From a plasmid: DNA of 64,000 nucleotides. A program made the translations under genes and the position numbers. Of the stretch, positions 50,089-62,322 are shown piece after piece. The DNA is taken from sequence record CP121101.1; one strand, 5' to 3'. Below the pieces are notes generated by a model. It saw nothing but the letters and a program-made list of their open reading frames with translations. It did not search any database and had not been told where the DNA came from. How positions within the stretch are numbered: the stretch's first letter is position 1; every line of letters begins with the position of its first letter.

Positions 50089-50920
50089 GTGTGATCCCTA
50101 CTAAAAAATTCAACGGAAAGAAACTAACTATTAATGCTCAATAATTGTCACTCTCCGCTTACCCCATTCTGAGAGTTGTCTATAAACGACTGCGCATCAG
50201 CTTTAGATTATATTGATCTCATAAAAATGAAAATGATATTTTTCATGTTTCGGATACTCTGAGTATTTTTTCTACCCCCACATCACCCATCATGCCCCCA
50301 GATTGGTAACTTTGGCTATATGATCCGATTCCACCCCGGCAGTGGCCCGCGGCGACCAAGACGGAACAACCGATTGGCAATAGCACTGAAGACATACCGC
50401 ACTGGTTGGTAGCCTTAGAGCAAGCCACCAGAACATAACTGCGGTGTTCGAGCCCTACACTTGACGAATCACTGGTTGGCTGGGCCGCCGCAAACACTTG
50501 TGGACGGCTTAGTTCCACAGCAATGCTTTGCGGCACCCTTGAGCCACAATGGGCCGCGACTTGCAAGAGCTCCCCTACAACCCAAACTGAATAATCTGCT
50601 CTGGTGGCGGTTAATCTTCAAGAACATCATCAATCTACCCACCAAAGTGCCGACCAACCTAGTGCTGGGTCTCACCCTAATAACCATTCAACCGAATTAA
50701 TTTTTGTATAGATTGATTGGGCAACTATTTTGTAATTGAGGAACGTCTACCATTCTACGTATTGCCAATCTTGCAAGCGCAAGATTGAATCCGATATCTA
50801 TATCCTGCTCAGGGTATCGAGCGCCCCTCAACTTTATAACTACATTTAAATTACTACCGGTTGTGAACTCAGACCATACGAGTGTATCTTGCTTACAACC
50901 AAAATAGTCCAACAGGGCTA

Positions 50921-51481
50921 TTACATTCTTAGCATAAACACCCTTATAATTACTAATAGCAACTGCATCGGCGAAGTGTTTATATGCTTCAAAGTATTCC
51001 CCTTCTCAACTCCCAACCTTCCAATGTAGCTATATGATGCAGCTAACCCCTCATGAGATAAAGTTTTGTCACCAGAACTAAACTTAATAAATTCAACAAA
51101 CTGCTCCGACTGAGTTTTTGTCAGTTCAAACTCATCCAGATTAACCATGGCCGGCAAATTGACAATAATATTTGCGTCATTTTTTTCCATTCCTGAAAGA
51201 AATGCTTTTTTGGCTAACTTTACCCACTCCAAACGCTCTTCTGTTACATAACAAATCCGGGATGAAAAACGTTCACAGTTTGGTTCCATAACATCAAGCA
51301 TTCTTCGCTCATCAAGATGCTTTATTAAGGCATTTCCATAAACAGTTAAATTGATTGCATTATCCATGCTTTGATTGTGGTACTTATCAACAAGTCTCAC
51401 TCCCTCATAATCTGTGTCTTTGCACCCGCAGAGAACAGCACCCAGGACCACCATACAAAAAGTAATCTCAAATTTATTCAT
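50921..51481 (-). CDS. Lipoprotein in an AT-rich islet
   Basis: It has a lipobox (LGAVLCGC). The local GC is far below the rest of the window. Confidence 0.4.
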   Translation of the reverse strand: MNKFEITFCMVVLGAVLCGCKDTDYEGVRLVDKYHNQSMDNAINLTVYGNALIKHLDERRMLDVMEPNCERFSSRICYVTEERLEWVKLAKKAFLSGMEKNDANIIVNLPAMVNLDEFELTKTQSEQFVEFIKFSSGDKTLSHEGLAASYSYIGRLGVEKGNTLKHINTSPMQLLLVIIRVFMLRM

Positions 51482-51769
51482 ATTTCCCTACCATTCCTTC
51501 ATACATAAGTAATTACCGATAGCACTACGCTTTTATCGTCCATGCTCTCTTCGATATAATCTGCATGAAAATCCGAGCTATCTTACAAATAAAACTCCCG
51601 ATCCTCATGGGGACCTACGAGTATGCTTGGTGCAGAACTATCAGTGCTGATTCTCCCGCTATTTTGTCTAATGCAAGGCTGTCATCGACTCAACACCGAG
51701 TTATTCAGGGCACCGGCCTGTTAGTGCTCCAAGCATCCCACGGGGGCCTTGTTCCACTTGTAATACCGG

Positions 51770-53760
51770 CACCACCCAGCCGGTACTGGCCAACTTGAGC
51801 GCCGAGCTCGCAGCAGCCCGGGGCCACCTGATGCACAGACCCGCCGGACCCAGTACCGGCACAACCCCGCCGGCAGTGGCCAACCTTGGCGACGAGCTCG
51901 CAGCAGCCCGGGGCCACCTGCAGCACTGACCCACCGGACGCAGTACCGGATCCACAGCCAACCTAGACGCCGGGACCGCGGAGGCCCGCAGCCACCTACG
52001 GCACCGGCAACACCGGACACTGCGCCAGATCCCCCCGCCAGCTGTCGCCACCCTGGCACCGAGAGCTCGGCGGCCCAACTGGCGCAGCACCTGATCACCC
52101 TGCCGGCACTGGCCACCTTGGGCGTCGAGCTCGCAGCGACCCGGGACCACCTGCAGCACAGACCCAACAGACGCAGTAACGGATCCCCCGCCGGCAATGG
52201 CCAACCTGGGCGACGAGCTCGCAGCAGCCCAGGGCCACCTGCAGCACTAACCCACCGGACGCAGTACAGGATCCCCCGCTGGCAATGGCCAACCTGGGCA
52301 CCGAGACTTCGGCGGCCCGCAGGACGCTGCACCGGCCTCCCACCCGGTCGACGGCTACTTTGGGTGACGATCTCGCAGTAGCCCAGTACCACCTGTTACT
52401 CCTTCCCACCGGGCGAAACACCGAATCACACGCCGGCTGTGGTCACCCTGGTCGTCGGACTCCCAGCGGCCCAGGGCCACCTGCTACTCCTTCCCACTAG
52501 GCGAAGCGCGCCGGGTCACCCCGCCACCGCTGGGTAACCTCTGCCCGAAACCGCAGCGACCCGAGGCCACCGGCAGCACAGACCCGCCGGACCCAGTACC
52601 GGCACCACCCCACCGGCAGTGACCAACCTGAGCGCTGAGACCGCGGCGTCCAGGGGCCACTTGCTGCACCGGCAACACGGGGCGCACAGACCCGCCGGAT
52701 GCAGTTCCGGATCACCCGCCGGCTGTGGCCCCCTGGGTGCCGGCTCGCAACTGCCCGGGGCCACCGGCTACACCGACCCAACTGGCGCAGCACCTGATCA
52801 CCCAGCCGGCAGTGGCCACCCAGGGCGTTGAGCTCGCAGTGGCCTGAGGCCACCGGAAGCACAGACCCGCCGGATGCATTACCTGATACACCCCGCCGGC
52901 GGGACCGCGGAGGCCCGCAGCCACCTGGTGCACCGACCCCCACCCGGTCGATGGCCACCCTGGGCGCCGGCTCGCAACTGCCCGGGGCCACCGGCTACAC
53001 CGACGACCAACAACTGGTGCAGTACCTGATCACCCCGCCAGCAGTGGCCACCCAGGGCGCCGGCTCGCAGCTGTACGGAGCTACCTGCAGCACCGACCCA
53101 CCGGACGCAGTGCCGGATCCACCCCGCCGGCGTTGGCCACCCTCGGCGCCAGGACCGCGGAGGTCCGCAGCCACCTACGGCACCGGCAACACCGGACACT
53201 GTGCCAGATCCCACCGCCAGCAGTGGCCAACCAGGGCGACGAGCTTGCATCTGTACGGAGCTACCTGCAGCACCGACCCACCGGACGCAGTACCGGATCC
53301 ACCCTGCCAGCAGTGGCCACCCTCGGCGCCGGGACCGCGGTGGCCCGCAGCCACCTGCAGCACCGACCCACCGGACGCAGTACCGGATCCACCCTGCCAG
53401 CAGTGGCCACCCTCGGCGCCGGGACCGCGGTGGCCCGCAGCCACCTACGGCACCGGCAACACCGGACACAGCGCCAGATCCCACCGCCTGCAGTGGCCAA
53501 CCTGGGCGACGACAAGCTCGCAGCAGCCCGGGGCCACCTGCTGCACCGGCAACACCGGACACTGCGCCAGATCCCACCGCCAGCAGTGGCCACCCAGGGC
53601 GTGGAGCACGCAGCGGCCCGGGGCCACCTGCAGCACAGACCCACCGGACGCAGTACCGGATCCACCCCGCCAACAGTGGCTACCCTCGGCGCCGGGACCG
53701 CGGAGGCCCGCAGCCACCTATGGCACCGGCAGCACAGACCCGCCGGGCGCAGTAACGGAT
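51770..53760. repeat. GC-rich (about 70%) tandem repeat array, about 90-bp period and about 20 units, central units degenerate
   Basis: Direct repeats of ...ggcgacgagctcgcagcagcccggggccacctgcagcaccgacccaccggacgcagtaccggatcc... alternate with a related variant. All six frames are largely open. One plus-strand frame (ORF 52828-53790) shows third-position wobble. Confidence 0.8.
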
Positions 53761-53767
53761 AATAAAA

Positions 53768-53800
53768 ATCCGCCTCAAGGGGCGGATTAGGTTTTTCCAA
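53768..53800. terminator. Bidirectional rho-independent terminator
   Basis: The hairpin aatccgcctcaaggggcggatt is flanked by T-runs on both strands. Confidence 0.6.
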
Positions 53801-54076
53801 TTTCAATAAGTGGTGATCAGCGCGGTGCCCGGCAGCATCTTGACGCAGTTGGTGACGATAGGGCGTTGAGGTTCAATGGCCTTACCTGCCTCCTGCATTG
53901 ACTCACCAGCCTGCTGCAAGGCCTACAACAGTCGTCGATAAGCCTACGTAAGGGCAAGGCAAATACTGTTATCCATTCGGTCGGCAAAGCGTTCTGCCGG
54001 GTTTCTGCACTCGGCCAAGACGCCAGTACAACGGAGCCAAGCGCCATTTGCTTGATCTTCATTGGTGTTTTTTCTC

Positions 54077-54400
54077 TTACTTACCAACTTCGACTTGGGT
54101 ATCCGAAATCAGCTGCTGCATTTCTTCGATATGGCGGCGATCAGAGTCGTCTAGTTCGGTGCTCTCGGCCAGATAATCCAGATCTTCGGCCAGCCTGAAA
54201 GTCAAATTCTGCAACGTGGTAATCCGGCCCAGCGCCACAACCTGAGCCATCGTCAGCCCCTCCCAATTTGACCAGGGACATTCTGCAACAGGGTGCGCCC
54301 ATGTCTCCCCACTCAGGGTATCCGGCCCATTCCGGGGCTCTAGCTTCGCCCCACAACAACCGCAGTTCTGTTCAGCCATGCCGTATTCCCTCTTACTCAA
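54077..54400 (-). CDS. Hypothetical Cys-rich protein
   Basis: It contains CGCCGAKL..C near the N-terminus. Confidence 0.35.
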   Translation of the reverse strand: MSKREYGMAEQNCGCCGAKLEPRNGPDTLSGETWAHPVAECPWSNWEGLTMAQVVALGRITTLQNLTFRLAEDLDYLAESTELDDSDRRHIEEMQQLISDTQVEVGK

Positions 54401-54770
54401 GCCGCAAACGTTCTTGCGCCATCATTAGCTCATATCCGCTGATCCGATCTACCCCTTGAACATCACGTTTGGGTGATCGAATTTCCTTACCGTTAACTGT
54501 GCCCGTCAGTATCCACTGTCGAAGCTGGCCAAGCGATAGGCCCAACTGCTTGGCTGCATCGTCCATGCGCCATGAATACTTGAGAAGTAGATCATCTGCT
54601 ACTTGGTCAAAATTCCCGGCCAGCATCCGTTCCAGCGCACGACGAGCCAAGCCCTCAGCAATGTCTCCATAGCGGGCAGTGTTGTAAGTAACCCGCAGCC
54701 CATTGTACTGCGCCTGCCACTGGCCTGTTGCGGCCTTAAAGGAGAGTCCTTTAGGGAGTCGGTCGCTCAC
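54393..54770 (-). CDS. Hypothetical protein
   Basis: 125-aa ORF whose stop overlaps the start of the next gene (54393-54400). Confidence 0.35.
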   Translation of the reverse strand: MSDRLPKGLSFKAATGQWQAQYNGLRVTYNTARYGDIAEGLARRALERMLAGNFDQVADDLLLKYSWRMDDAAKQLGLSLGQLRQWILTGTVNGKEIRSPKRDVQGVDRISGYELMMAQERLRLE

Positions 54771-54796
54771 GGTTCCTTTACCTCAATATGACGGGC

Positions 54797-55246
54797 TTAA
54801 TGAGCCCACGACTGCGCGTTATATGGAGTCTCCAGCAGCTCACCACGAAGAATGCAGTCCCCTAAGAACGCAGCCCTCGATTCAACCCACTTCACCTCCT
54901 CTGGTAGGCAAGCTGCGAGGTCAAACATGCAATAGAGATGGCGTTGCCGGTACGTATCTTTTTCAGATTTGAGCCCATCACGTAAGGCTCGGATGCTTTG
55001 AACAATGATCACTTCTTGCCCGCGGTGCAACACGGCTACTCCGCATTTTCGTCCCAACCGACCCAGCTCAAACTGGTCTATGGCACCATCGGCGTAATCC
55101 AGTTCAACGATGCGGGCGGCCTGACCTTCAATCAGCTTAAGTGCAACTTCTTTGCTACCCGCTTGCAGAATATTCATCGTTTTTCCCAAGTAATCATCAC
55201 TCAATGTCATTTGTGGGTTCTTTACACCAGGCTCTAGATGTTCCAA
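54797..55246 (-). CDS. Hypothetical protein
   Basis: ORF; the start is uncertain. Confidence 0.3.
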   Translation of the reverse strand: MEHLEPGVKNPQMTLSDDYLGKTMNILQAGSKEVALKLIEGQAARIVELDYADGAIDQFELGRLGRKCGVAVLHRGQEVIIVQSIRALRDGLKSEKDTYRQRHLYCMFDLAACLPEEVKWVESRAAFLGDCILRGELLETPYNAQSWAH

Positions 55247-55458
55247 TGGCCACCACCCCCATCACTACGCCTGCCAAAAACACGCATAGAAAGGTCAAGC
55301 ATAAACTCTCATATCTAATTGATATATCGACCAAAACAATCAAAGAAAATATCGCAATAAGAACTATCAATCCAGCTATCGGATGTAACCTTATGCCTAA
55401 ATTTCTAACCGATGTTGGTTTACCATATTGTTTAAAGTTCAACCCCATTTTCCCTCGA

Positions 55459-55800
55459 TCAGTTGCTTGTTGCTGCGAGCATATCAGCCGCCATGACGTT
55501 AGCCAGCTCGGGAGCCAATACTGTAGTGGCGCTGATCAGCCTGTACTCGCTCGTCTCATACTCGCTCGGCCAGCCTACCAGTTCGGCATGAACCTTGATA
55601 AGGCCGGACTTCGACAAACCAGCGCCGAGAGCTTCAATAAACTGCTTGTCGCCATCCTCGGCTATATCATCAAGAACCATCTTCCGCACATCCGCGTCAT
55701 GTGATGACACCTCAAGAACGGCACCGGCCGACCAGCTCACACCAAGTGCTATCAATGCTGTAAATGTCATTTCCATGGTCTTTGATTCCTTGCTTTCCAA
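55459..55800 (-). CDS. Hypothetical protein
   Basis: 113-aa ORF. An 83-aa membrane ORF lies downstream at 55197-55448. Confidence 0.3.
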   Translation of the reverse strand: MESKESKTMEMTFTALIALGVSWSAGAVLEVSSHDADVRKMVLDDIAEDGDKQFIEALGAGLSKSGLIKVHAELVGWPSEYETSEYRLISATTVLAPELANVMAADMLAATSN

Positions 55801-57158
55801 TCAGCTTGCTTTCGCGTAAGGAGCCGGTGGTCTCCCCTTTCACGTATCTTCGACATTGCCGGTTCTTTGTAAAGATGCACACTCTACTTGTGCCGGCATT
55901 GTGTGGTTTTCACACAATGGCCATCAGTTTCTCAGTGCTAATTCTCCCACTGGTTTTACCAATGCAAGGCGGCCGCCCCTTCAACACAGGTATTCAGGCC
56001 GCCGACTCGCCGGACGCTGTGGACTTGATCTCTCAACCAGCTCGGCACAGGTCCGGGGCGATCCAGCCCTACCACACCGGCAGCGTAAACGCTGAACATC
56101 GATTAGCTCGGTGGTCCATTGCCACCTGCAGCCACTGGATGCTAATCCATATCACTGGTTGAGGTCGTTCTTAGCTCCGTGCACCAGATCAATGACACCA
56201 GAGCTGGCCGCTCTGGAGGCGCAGTAAGCACCATCGGATAAAGGTTCCCGAACTCTACATTCACCCCGGCAAGGGCCCTCAGGTCACCAGCCGTGTCGAC
56301 CCCAAATATCAAGCCGGTCGGCAGCTCGCTTCCACCTACAGTGCTAGCAGCGCCGAACTATACACCTGACCTCCGGAACCAGCCCTAACCACTCTGAACC
56401 TACGTACCAGCTCAGTGGTACCGGCGTGCCCCCTTGGATGCTGAGCTCACAGCGGCCCAAGGCATGTCAGATCCCTCCCCTCCTCTCGGCCGAAGCGAGC
56501 TAAACCGAGCCCTGGGTCCCGAGATCGGCATGCACACCGACAAAAGCCCACAACCATCCCCAGGCCCCTCCGCTCACCGGCACCGGTGCAGGTCTCCCAG
56601 GACGCCGAATCCACTGTGGCCAGGGGTCCGTAACATCTGGTCCTTCAAGGGTACTGGGTCCAGAACTCGGCAAGCACACCAACTAGATCCCGCCACCACC
56701 ATTGCAGGCCCCACTAAACACCTGCACCGACCCAGGATCCGTTGAACACTTCGCACAAGCTCACTGGTGCCCCCTTCCCTGAAATCAACCAGTAGGCATC
56801 CCACACCAGGTCACCAGCCCCGACGCTAGCCGCTCAGGGGGTGCCTTGAAAGACGCCGTAGCACAGAGGCCCGAATTCAGCATGCACACAGACAAAAGCC
56901 TGGGCCTAGCACACGAGTGAGATCTTCCGGGCCACTTGCTGTACCGCGAGCACATTGATAGTGCAGGCCAACACCAATCAGAACTGGGGGCTAATCAGGC
57001 GTGTGTTCAGGAGGCTGTGACTGGCGGGCTCGCCAGTGAATACCTGCAACTTGCTGACGGAATGGATTTGCCCGTCAGTGCGCTCATGGCGCCAGTTGCA
57101 TTGCGAAGATCTGGGGGATGATCGAAGTAAGCAAAAAAATCGTCTACGGGTGCTATAA

Positions 57159-60100
57159 ATGTCCTTTTTGAACGCAACGGCTTTCCTTGATTACTTGTTC
57201 TGCCCTCCCCTTTCAGGGCACAAAACAACCGTCATCGCAAAAACGGTGTCCCAAAAAATCAGGTGCAATATTGAAGCGATCAAAATTGTAAAGCGCTGCT
57301 TGGCTGATGGCTCGCTGGCTGTATCTGACGTCGAGCGTGATGTCCTTACTCAGTATACCGGATGGGGTCAACTATCAGGACTCTTTGAGCCAGAACACCC
57401 CCAGCATGCCGAATTGAAATCGCTAGTCACTCAAGCAGAATTCGCTGCGTTGGAAGCATCTGTATTGACCTCCTATTACACCTCCGAATGGATTATTGAT
57501 GCCATGTATCGTGCCGTGGCACGCCTGGGTGTGCAGGAAGGTCTATTACTCGATTTCGCTACAGGCTCAGGTAAATTTTTGGCGGGGCGCCCAGCGACTC
57601 TTTCAGCGATGAAATCCTTTGCTGTTGAGTTGGATGGCCTGACAGGGACTATCGCCCGCCTGCTGAACCCTGCAGCCAAGATCTATGTCAATCAGCCGTT
57701 CGAGCAAGTAAAGCTCCCGAATAGTGGCGACTTTTCCCTAGTTATTGGAAACCCGCCATACTGCTCTGTTCCTGCCAGGGATAGAGCATTTGGCACTCTT
57801 CCACTACATGCCTACTTTCTGATTAGGGGGTTGAGCGAACTGCACCACGGCGGGCTAATGGCTGTTGTCGTATCAAGCTGGGTAATGGACTCGAAAGATA
57901 ACGATGCGCGGCTATCTCTCTCGGCCAGGGGAAATTTGGTTGCAGCCTGTCGTCTGCCGAATTCGGTGTTCAAGGGTGAAGGAGCCAACGTTGTTACCGA
58001 TATTCTGGTCTTTCAAGCCTGCCAGCACCCGGAAGAAAACCCTTCATGGATCGACACCGTAGAGGTCAACGACGAAGCAGGCTCGGCATATCGTGTGAAT
58101 CGCTTGTTTGTGGATCGTCCTGAACTCGTCGCCGGCAAAATCTCAGCTCCTAGCACCTTCAATGTGTCTTGCAACGTTGCAGACCCTGGCCGTGATCTTG
58201 CGAGTGTTGTAACTGAAATCCTCGATATCCAGACTTCCAACCCCTTATTTTACCGTAAGTCTACGGTTCCAGTTGCAAGGAAAGGCGTCATTTCTGCCCC
58301 CGCTGGTATGAGCGATGTTGGGCCATATGAGTTTTGCCAAACTCCGGCGGGCGAGTTGATGCGTCGAGTGGCAGATCATGTTGATGAAAACGGGGCTAAG
58401 GTGCCCACGTTCCAACAGTGCGAGTTTAAATCAGCCAAGGATAGGCTGCGTATATCGGCCATGCTGAGAGTTAAGAGGGTCTTGGCATCACTCATCAACG
58501 CAGAGCAAAGCAATGCGCCAGACACCAGCTTGCGAGCTATTAGGGCTGATCTTAATGCAACCTATGACCGCTTTACTGCCGACTTCGGTCCGTTCCACGC
58601 CTCAAAAAACAAATCTGTACTTGGGGAAGATCCGTGGTATTACCGCTTACGTGCTCTCGAGCTGGACTACATCGCACCGATCAGTACCACGGTTGCCGAA
58701 AAGGAGGGCATCGCAGAGCGTAAAGAGCAATGGAGTAAGGGGGATCTGTTCACCCGCCGCGCAATCACTCCGTTGATCACTCCCAGCTATGCCGCGAACC
58801 TTGCCGACGCCGTGCTAATTTCCGTGAGCTACAAGGGTGAGGTCGATCTTTCATACGTTCGGGATCTGGTCGGCTTTAAAGGGACAGACCAAGAACTTTT
58901 GCATCAGTTGGCCGAACAATCTCTGGCATTTGCCGAACCAGATAGTGGCAACCTGGTCATTGCTGCAAAGTACCTTTCAGGTTACATCCCCAGCAAGATT
59001 GAGGCTGCACAAGGAGCGGCCGAATCCGACCCTCTGTTTGCTATCAATGTTGCCAAACTGCAGCGAGTCATGCCCTCCCCCATCAAGGCGGTAGACATTT
59101 TTGCACCGATGAACTCCCGTTGGCTGCCTAACCATTTCCACGCCGATTTTATCCGCCATCTGGTCGATCAGCCCAAATTGAATGCACAAGTTACCCTTAT
59201 CGACAACGAGTATCATGTTTCGCATGGCTCTCTTCCTCAAACCGTCTTAACCTCTGAATGGGGTACGCAGCGCCGCGATATGACCACCTTGCTCATTGCG
59301 CTTTTGAACAATCGCGCGATTGAGGTACGCGATCCACATCCGAGCATATCTAATACGACTGTTCCGAACCCGGACGAAACAATGGCCGCCCAACACAAAG
59401 CAGAGGAAATTAAGGCGGCCTGGGAGTCGTGGGTGCTGGATGATTCCGAACGCCGCAACGAAATTGAGCTTGCTTATAACGCACATTTCAACGGCTTTGT
59501 TGCCCCAAATATAATGGCTCACGCCTGCCTTTAACTGGTAGTGCAGTAGACCTATATCACACACAGAGAAACGCCATTGCTCGGGTCATTCATGAGTCGT
59601 GCACTTTGATCGATCACGCTGTCGGCGCCGGAAAAACGTTCACAATGATTGGCGCGGCAAGCGAACTAAGACGCATTAATAAATATGAGCGTGTAGTGCT
59701 GGTCGCGCCTAATCATCTTGTTGCTCAGCATGCCACCGCTGCACAATTTATTTTCCCTGGCATGAACATCTTTGTGCTCGATAAAACGATGATGACCCCG
59801 GCCACACGCCGCACAGCCTTAGCCCGCCTTGCAATGACAGACTTCGATCTATGCATCATCCCGCTGAGTGTGTTCGGGCTAATCCCAGCCCCTCACGATC
59901 TCTTAGTCGAAATGTTGGAAGCAGAGATTGATGATCTTCACCGGTGTTTGTCGGAGCTGAAAAATGAGCGGTTATCTGTACGCCGGATGCAGACGCGGAT
60001 CCAGCGCAAAGAAGCAGAACTCGAAGAACTGGTGAACAAACGCACTGATGAAATGCTCGACTTTGCTGACCTAAGGATCACAACTCTAATCATTGATGAG

Positions 60101-62164
60101 AGCCAATTCGGTAAGAACCTAAGTTATTCTTCATCCCTGCAAAGCGTTGCCGGCATGGGCCAGGCATCAGGCAGTAAGCGTGCCTTTGATCTATTTATCA
60201 AAAGCCGTGCTGTTCTGCGTGCCGGTGGGCGATATGTTGAGGCTACCGGAACACCAATCCTCAACTCCGTTGTGGAAGCACATCGACATCTGCGAGTGAT
60301 GGCCGAAGATTTTACTCAGTCAGCAAAGCTGACCCACTTTGACGCATTCAGTGCAGTTTTCGCCCAGCCAGTGACAGATTATGAATTGGCGGCGTCCGGG
60401 CGCGGCTACAAGATGAGAACTCGAATTAGTACATTCACAAATTTGACAGAGCTTCAAGCTATCTACTCAAGCTTCGCTGATGTAGTTACTTCTGAGCAGT
60501 TGCCTAATGTCTTGCCAAAACTAGCTGATGGCCGCAGTGCTATACCTCCCCTCACAGGGGGCAAGATCATCGAGCTGGTGATTGAACCCAATGAGCACCA
60601 GGAAAACGGCTTCGCCGAAATCGTCAGTGCATATTCTCGAGTCGATAACCGGGAGAACAACCCCCTTAAACTGCTCAACCGGGGGCGAATGCTCTCTCTC
60701 GATGCTCGGCTTGTGTACCCAGACGCACCGGACTACCAGGACAGCAAAATTAATACCGTAGTGCGCTACCTGCTCGAAAAATATCAAACGACAACTAGCG
60801 TTCGCGGTACTCAGATGGTCTTCATGGATCGCAGCATTCCCGCTCGCCATCGTGCCGGAGCTTCGAAAGAGTGGGCGGCAATATTCAACCTTGCTAGGCA
60901 GGGCGATGAAGAAGCGTTAGAGCGTATTGAAGGCCTAGACGAACTCGAACTTACCGCCATGGTCTGCAGTTCATTCAGCCTCTACGATGAGCTGGTAGAA
61001 AAATTGGTTGAGGGTGGCGTCCCCCGCAACGAGATCGCAGTGATCCACGATTACCGGACGGACACCAGAAAGGAAGCGTTGCGTGACATGATGAATGAGG
61101 GGCAGATCCGAATTTTGCTTGGCTCTACTGAACTGGCAGGCTCTGGGCTCAATATCAACCGGCGTTTGGTTTCGTTGGTTCACTTCGATCTCCCATATCG
61201 GCCCGGTGATTTGGCGCAACGAGCTGGCCGCATTGAGCGCCAAGGCAATCTGTTATGGGCGAATGACCCCGAGTTCACCATTGATATTGTTGTGCCAATC
61301 ACCCGTCGCTGTCTTGATGCTTGGCAACTGGGTTTGCTCAACACCAAGCAGCGCTTTATCAGCCGTTTCCGTCAACTCGATAGCTCAGTCCGGCACTACA
61401 CAGAGCAAAATGAAGCGATTGATTATGCCGAGTTAAGCGCCATCGTAGCCGATGACCCGCGAATCCTGGCTCATGTCAAAGGCAAAGCAAAGCTGCGAAA
61501 GCTTGAGGCAGCCCGGAATAACTGGTTCCGGAATCGCGTCAGATTGGACGACCAGGCACAATCCCTTGAGCAAAGAAGCGCAACCTTGGCGACCAAAATA
61601 CAGATGATTCGAGCCGATGCAGCTAACATTGCGGCCACGGCGGATGAGTTGTTGATCACTGTGGATGGTGTGACATATGAAAAAATGGGGGTGGATTCGA
61701 CGGCTACAGATCGTCTAAACATAACCGCCGCCGCCCCGGCTGTCGGTTCAAAATATGGCAGACTGAACTACCGTGCAGATATTGGCAGTCAACACGACAT
61801 GGCTACTTACCGGGGGGCTACTCTGGTCTATGAAAAGCCGTATTTCGCCAAGTTGTGCTTCGCCACCGAGTTCACAGTTCGCGGCCCCTCTGGTCATCAC
61901 TACGAGCTGAGAAATTTAGAGCGCAATAGCATTAACGCTGTGATGGCCGCCTTTGTCGTGCTCGTCGATACCTTGCCGCGCTTACCAAACATAGCCACGG
62001 CCCAAATGGCTACTTGGACAAAGAACGCTACCGACTATCGCACTGAGGCAGCGAAGCCATTCAGCGCCCAAGCAGAGCTTGATGAACTGATCCCATTTTT
62101 GCGGCAACTTGAAAAGGAATTGGCAGATTCAGCCACACATTCAGTAAATCAAATGGCCGCTTGA
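57159..62164 (+). CDS. N6-adenine DNA methyltransferase fused to an SNF2/DEAD-like helicase, with the frame interrupted near 59480-59534
   Basis: The MTase motif I is LLDFATGSGKFL and motif IV is VIGNPPYCS. The helicase motifs are HAVGAGKTF, IIDESQFG and QRAGRIERQG. The helicase frame stays open upstream to 59480 (YNGSRLPLTGSAVDLYHTQRNAIARVIHESCTLIDH) and overlaps the end of the MTase ORF. Confidence 0.65.
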
Positions 62165-62322
62165 GGAATGATGTACCCCCCCACCTGCTGACAGGGGGGT
62201 TGTTCATTGACGAAAGATATTCGTCTGCTATTTGATAGCCCCAACTAATGATTATTGGTTTGCCCTCCCTTGCATTGACCGATGCCGTGGGATCATAACC
62301 CCATTGAAACCAGAATGGGGTT

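Noticed and set aside
51770-53760. Possible CRISPR array, because of the regular GC-rich repeats
   Set aside because: The units are contiguous direct repeats of about 90 bp with no unique spacers between them. No cas genes are nearby. The units are far longer than CRISPR repeats.
51701-53806. Numerous minus-strand ORFs (Cys/Arg/Trp-rich) across the GC-rich array
   Set aside because: High GC suppresses stop codons, so all six frames are open. The composition of these translations is implausible for real proteins.
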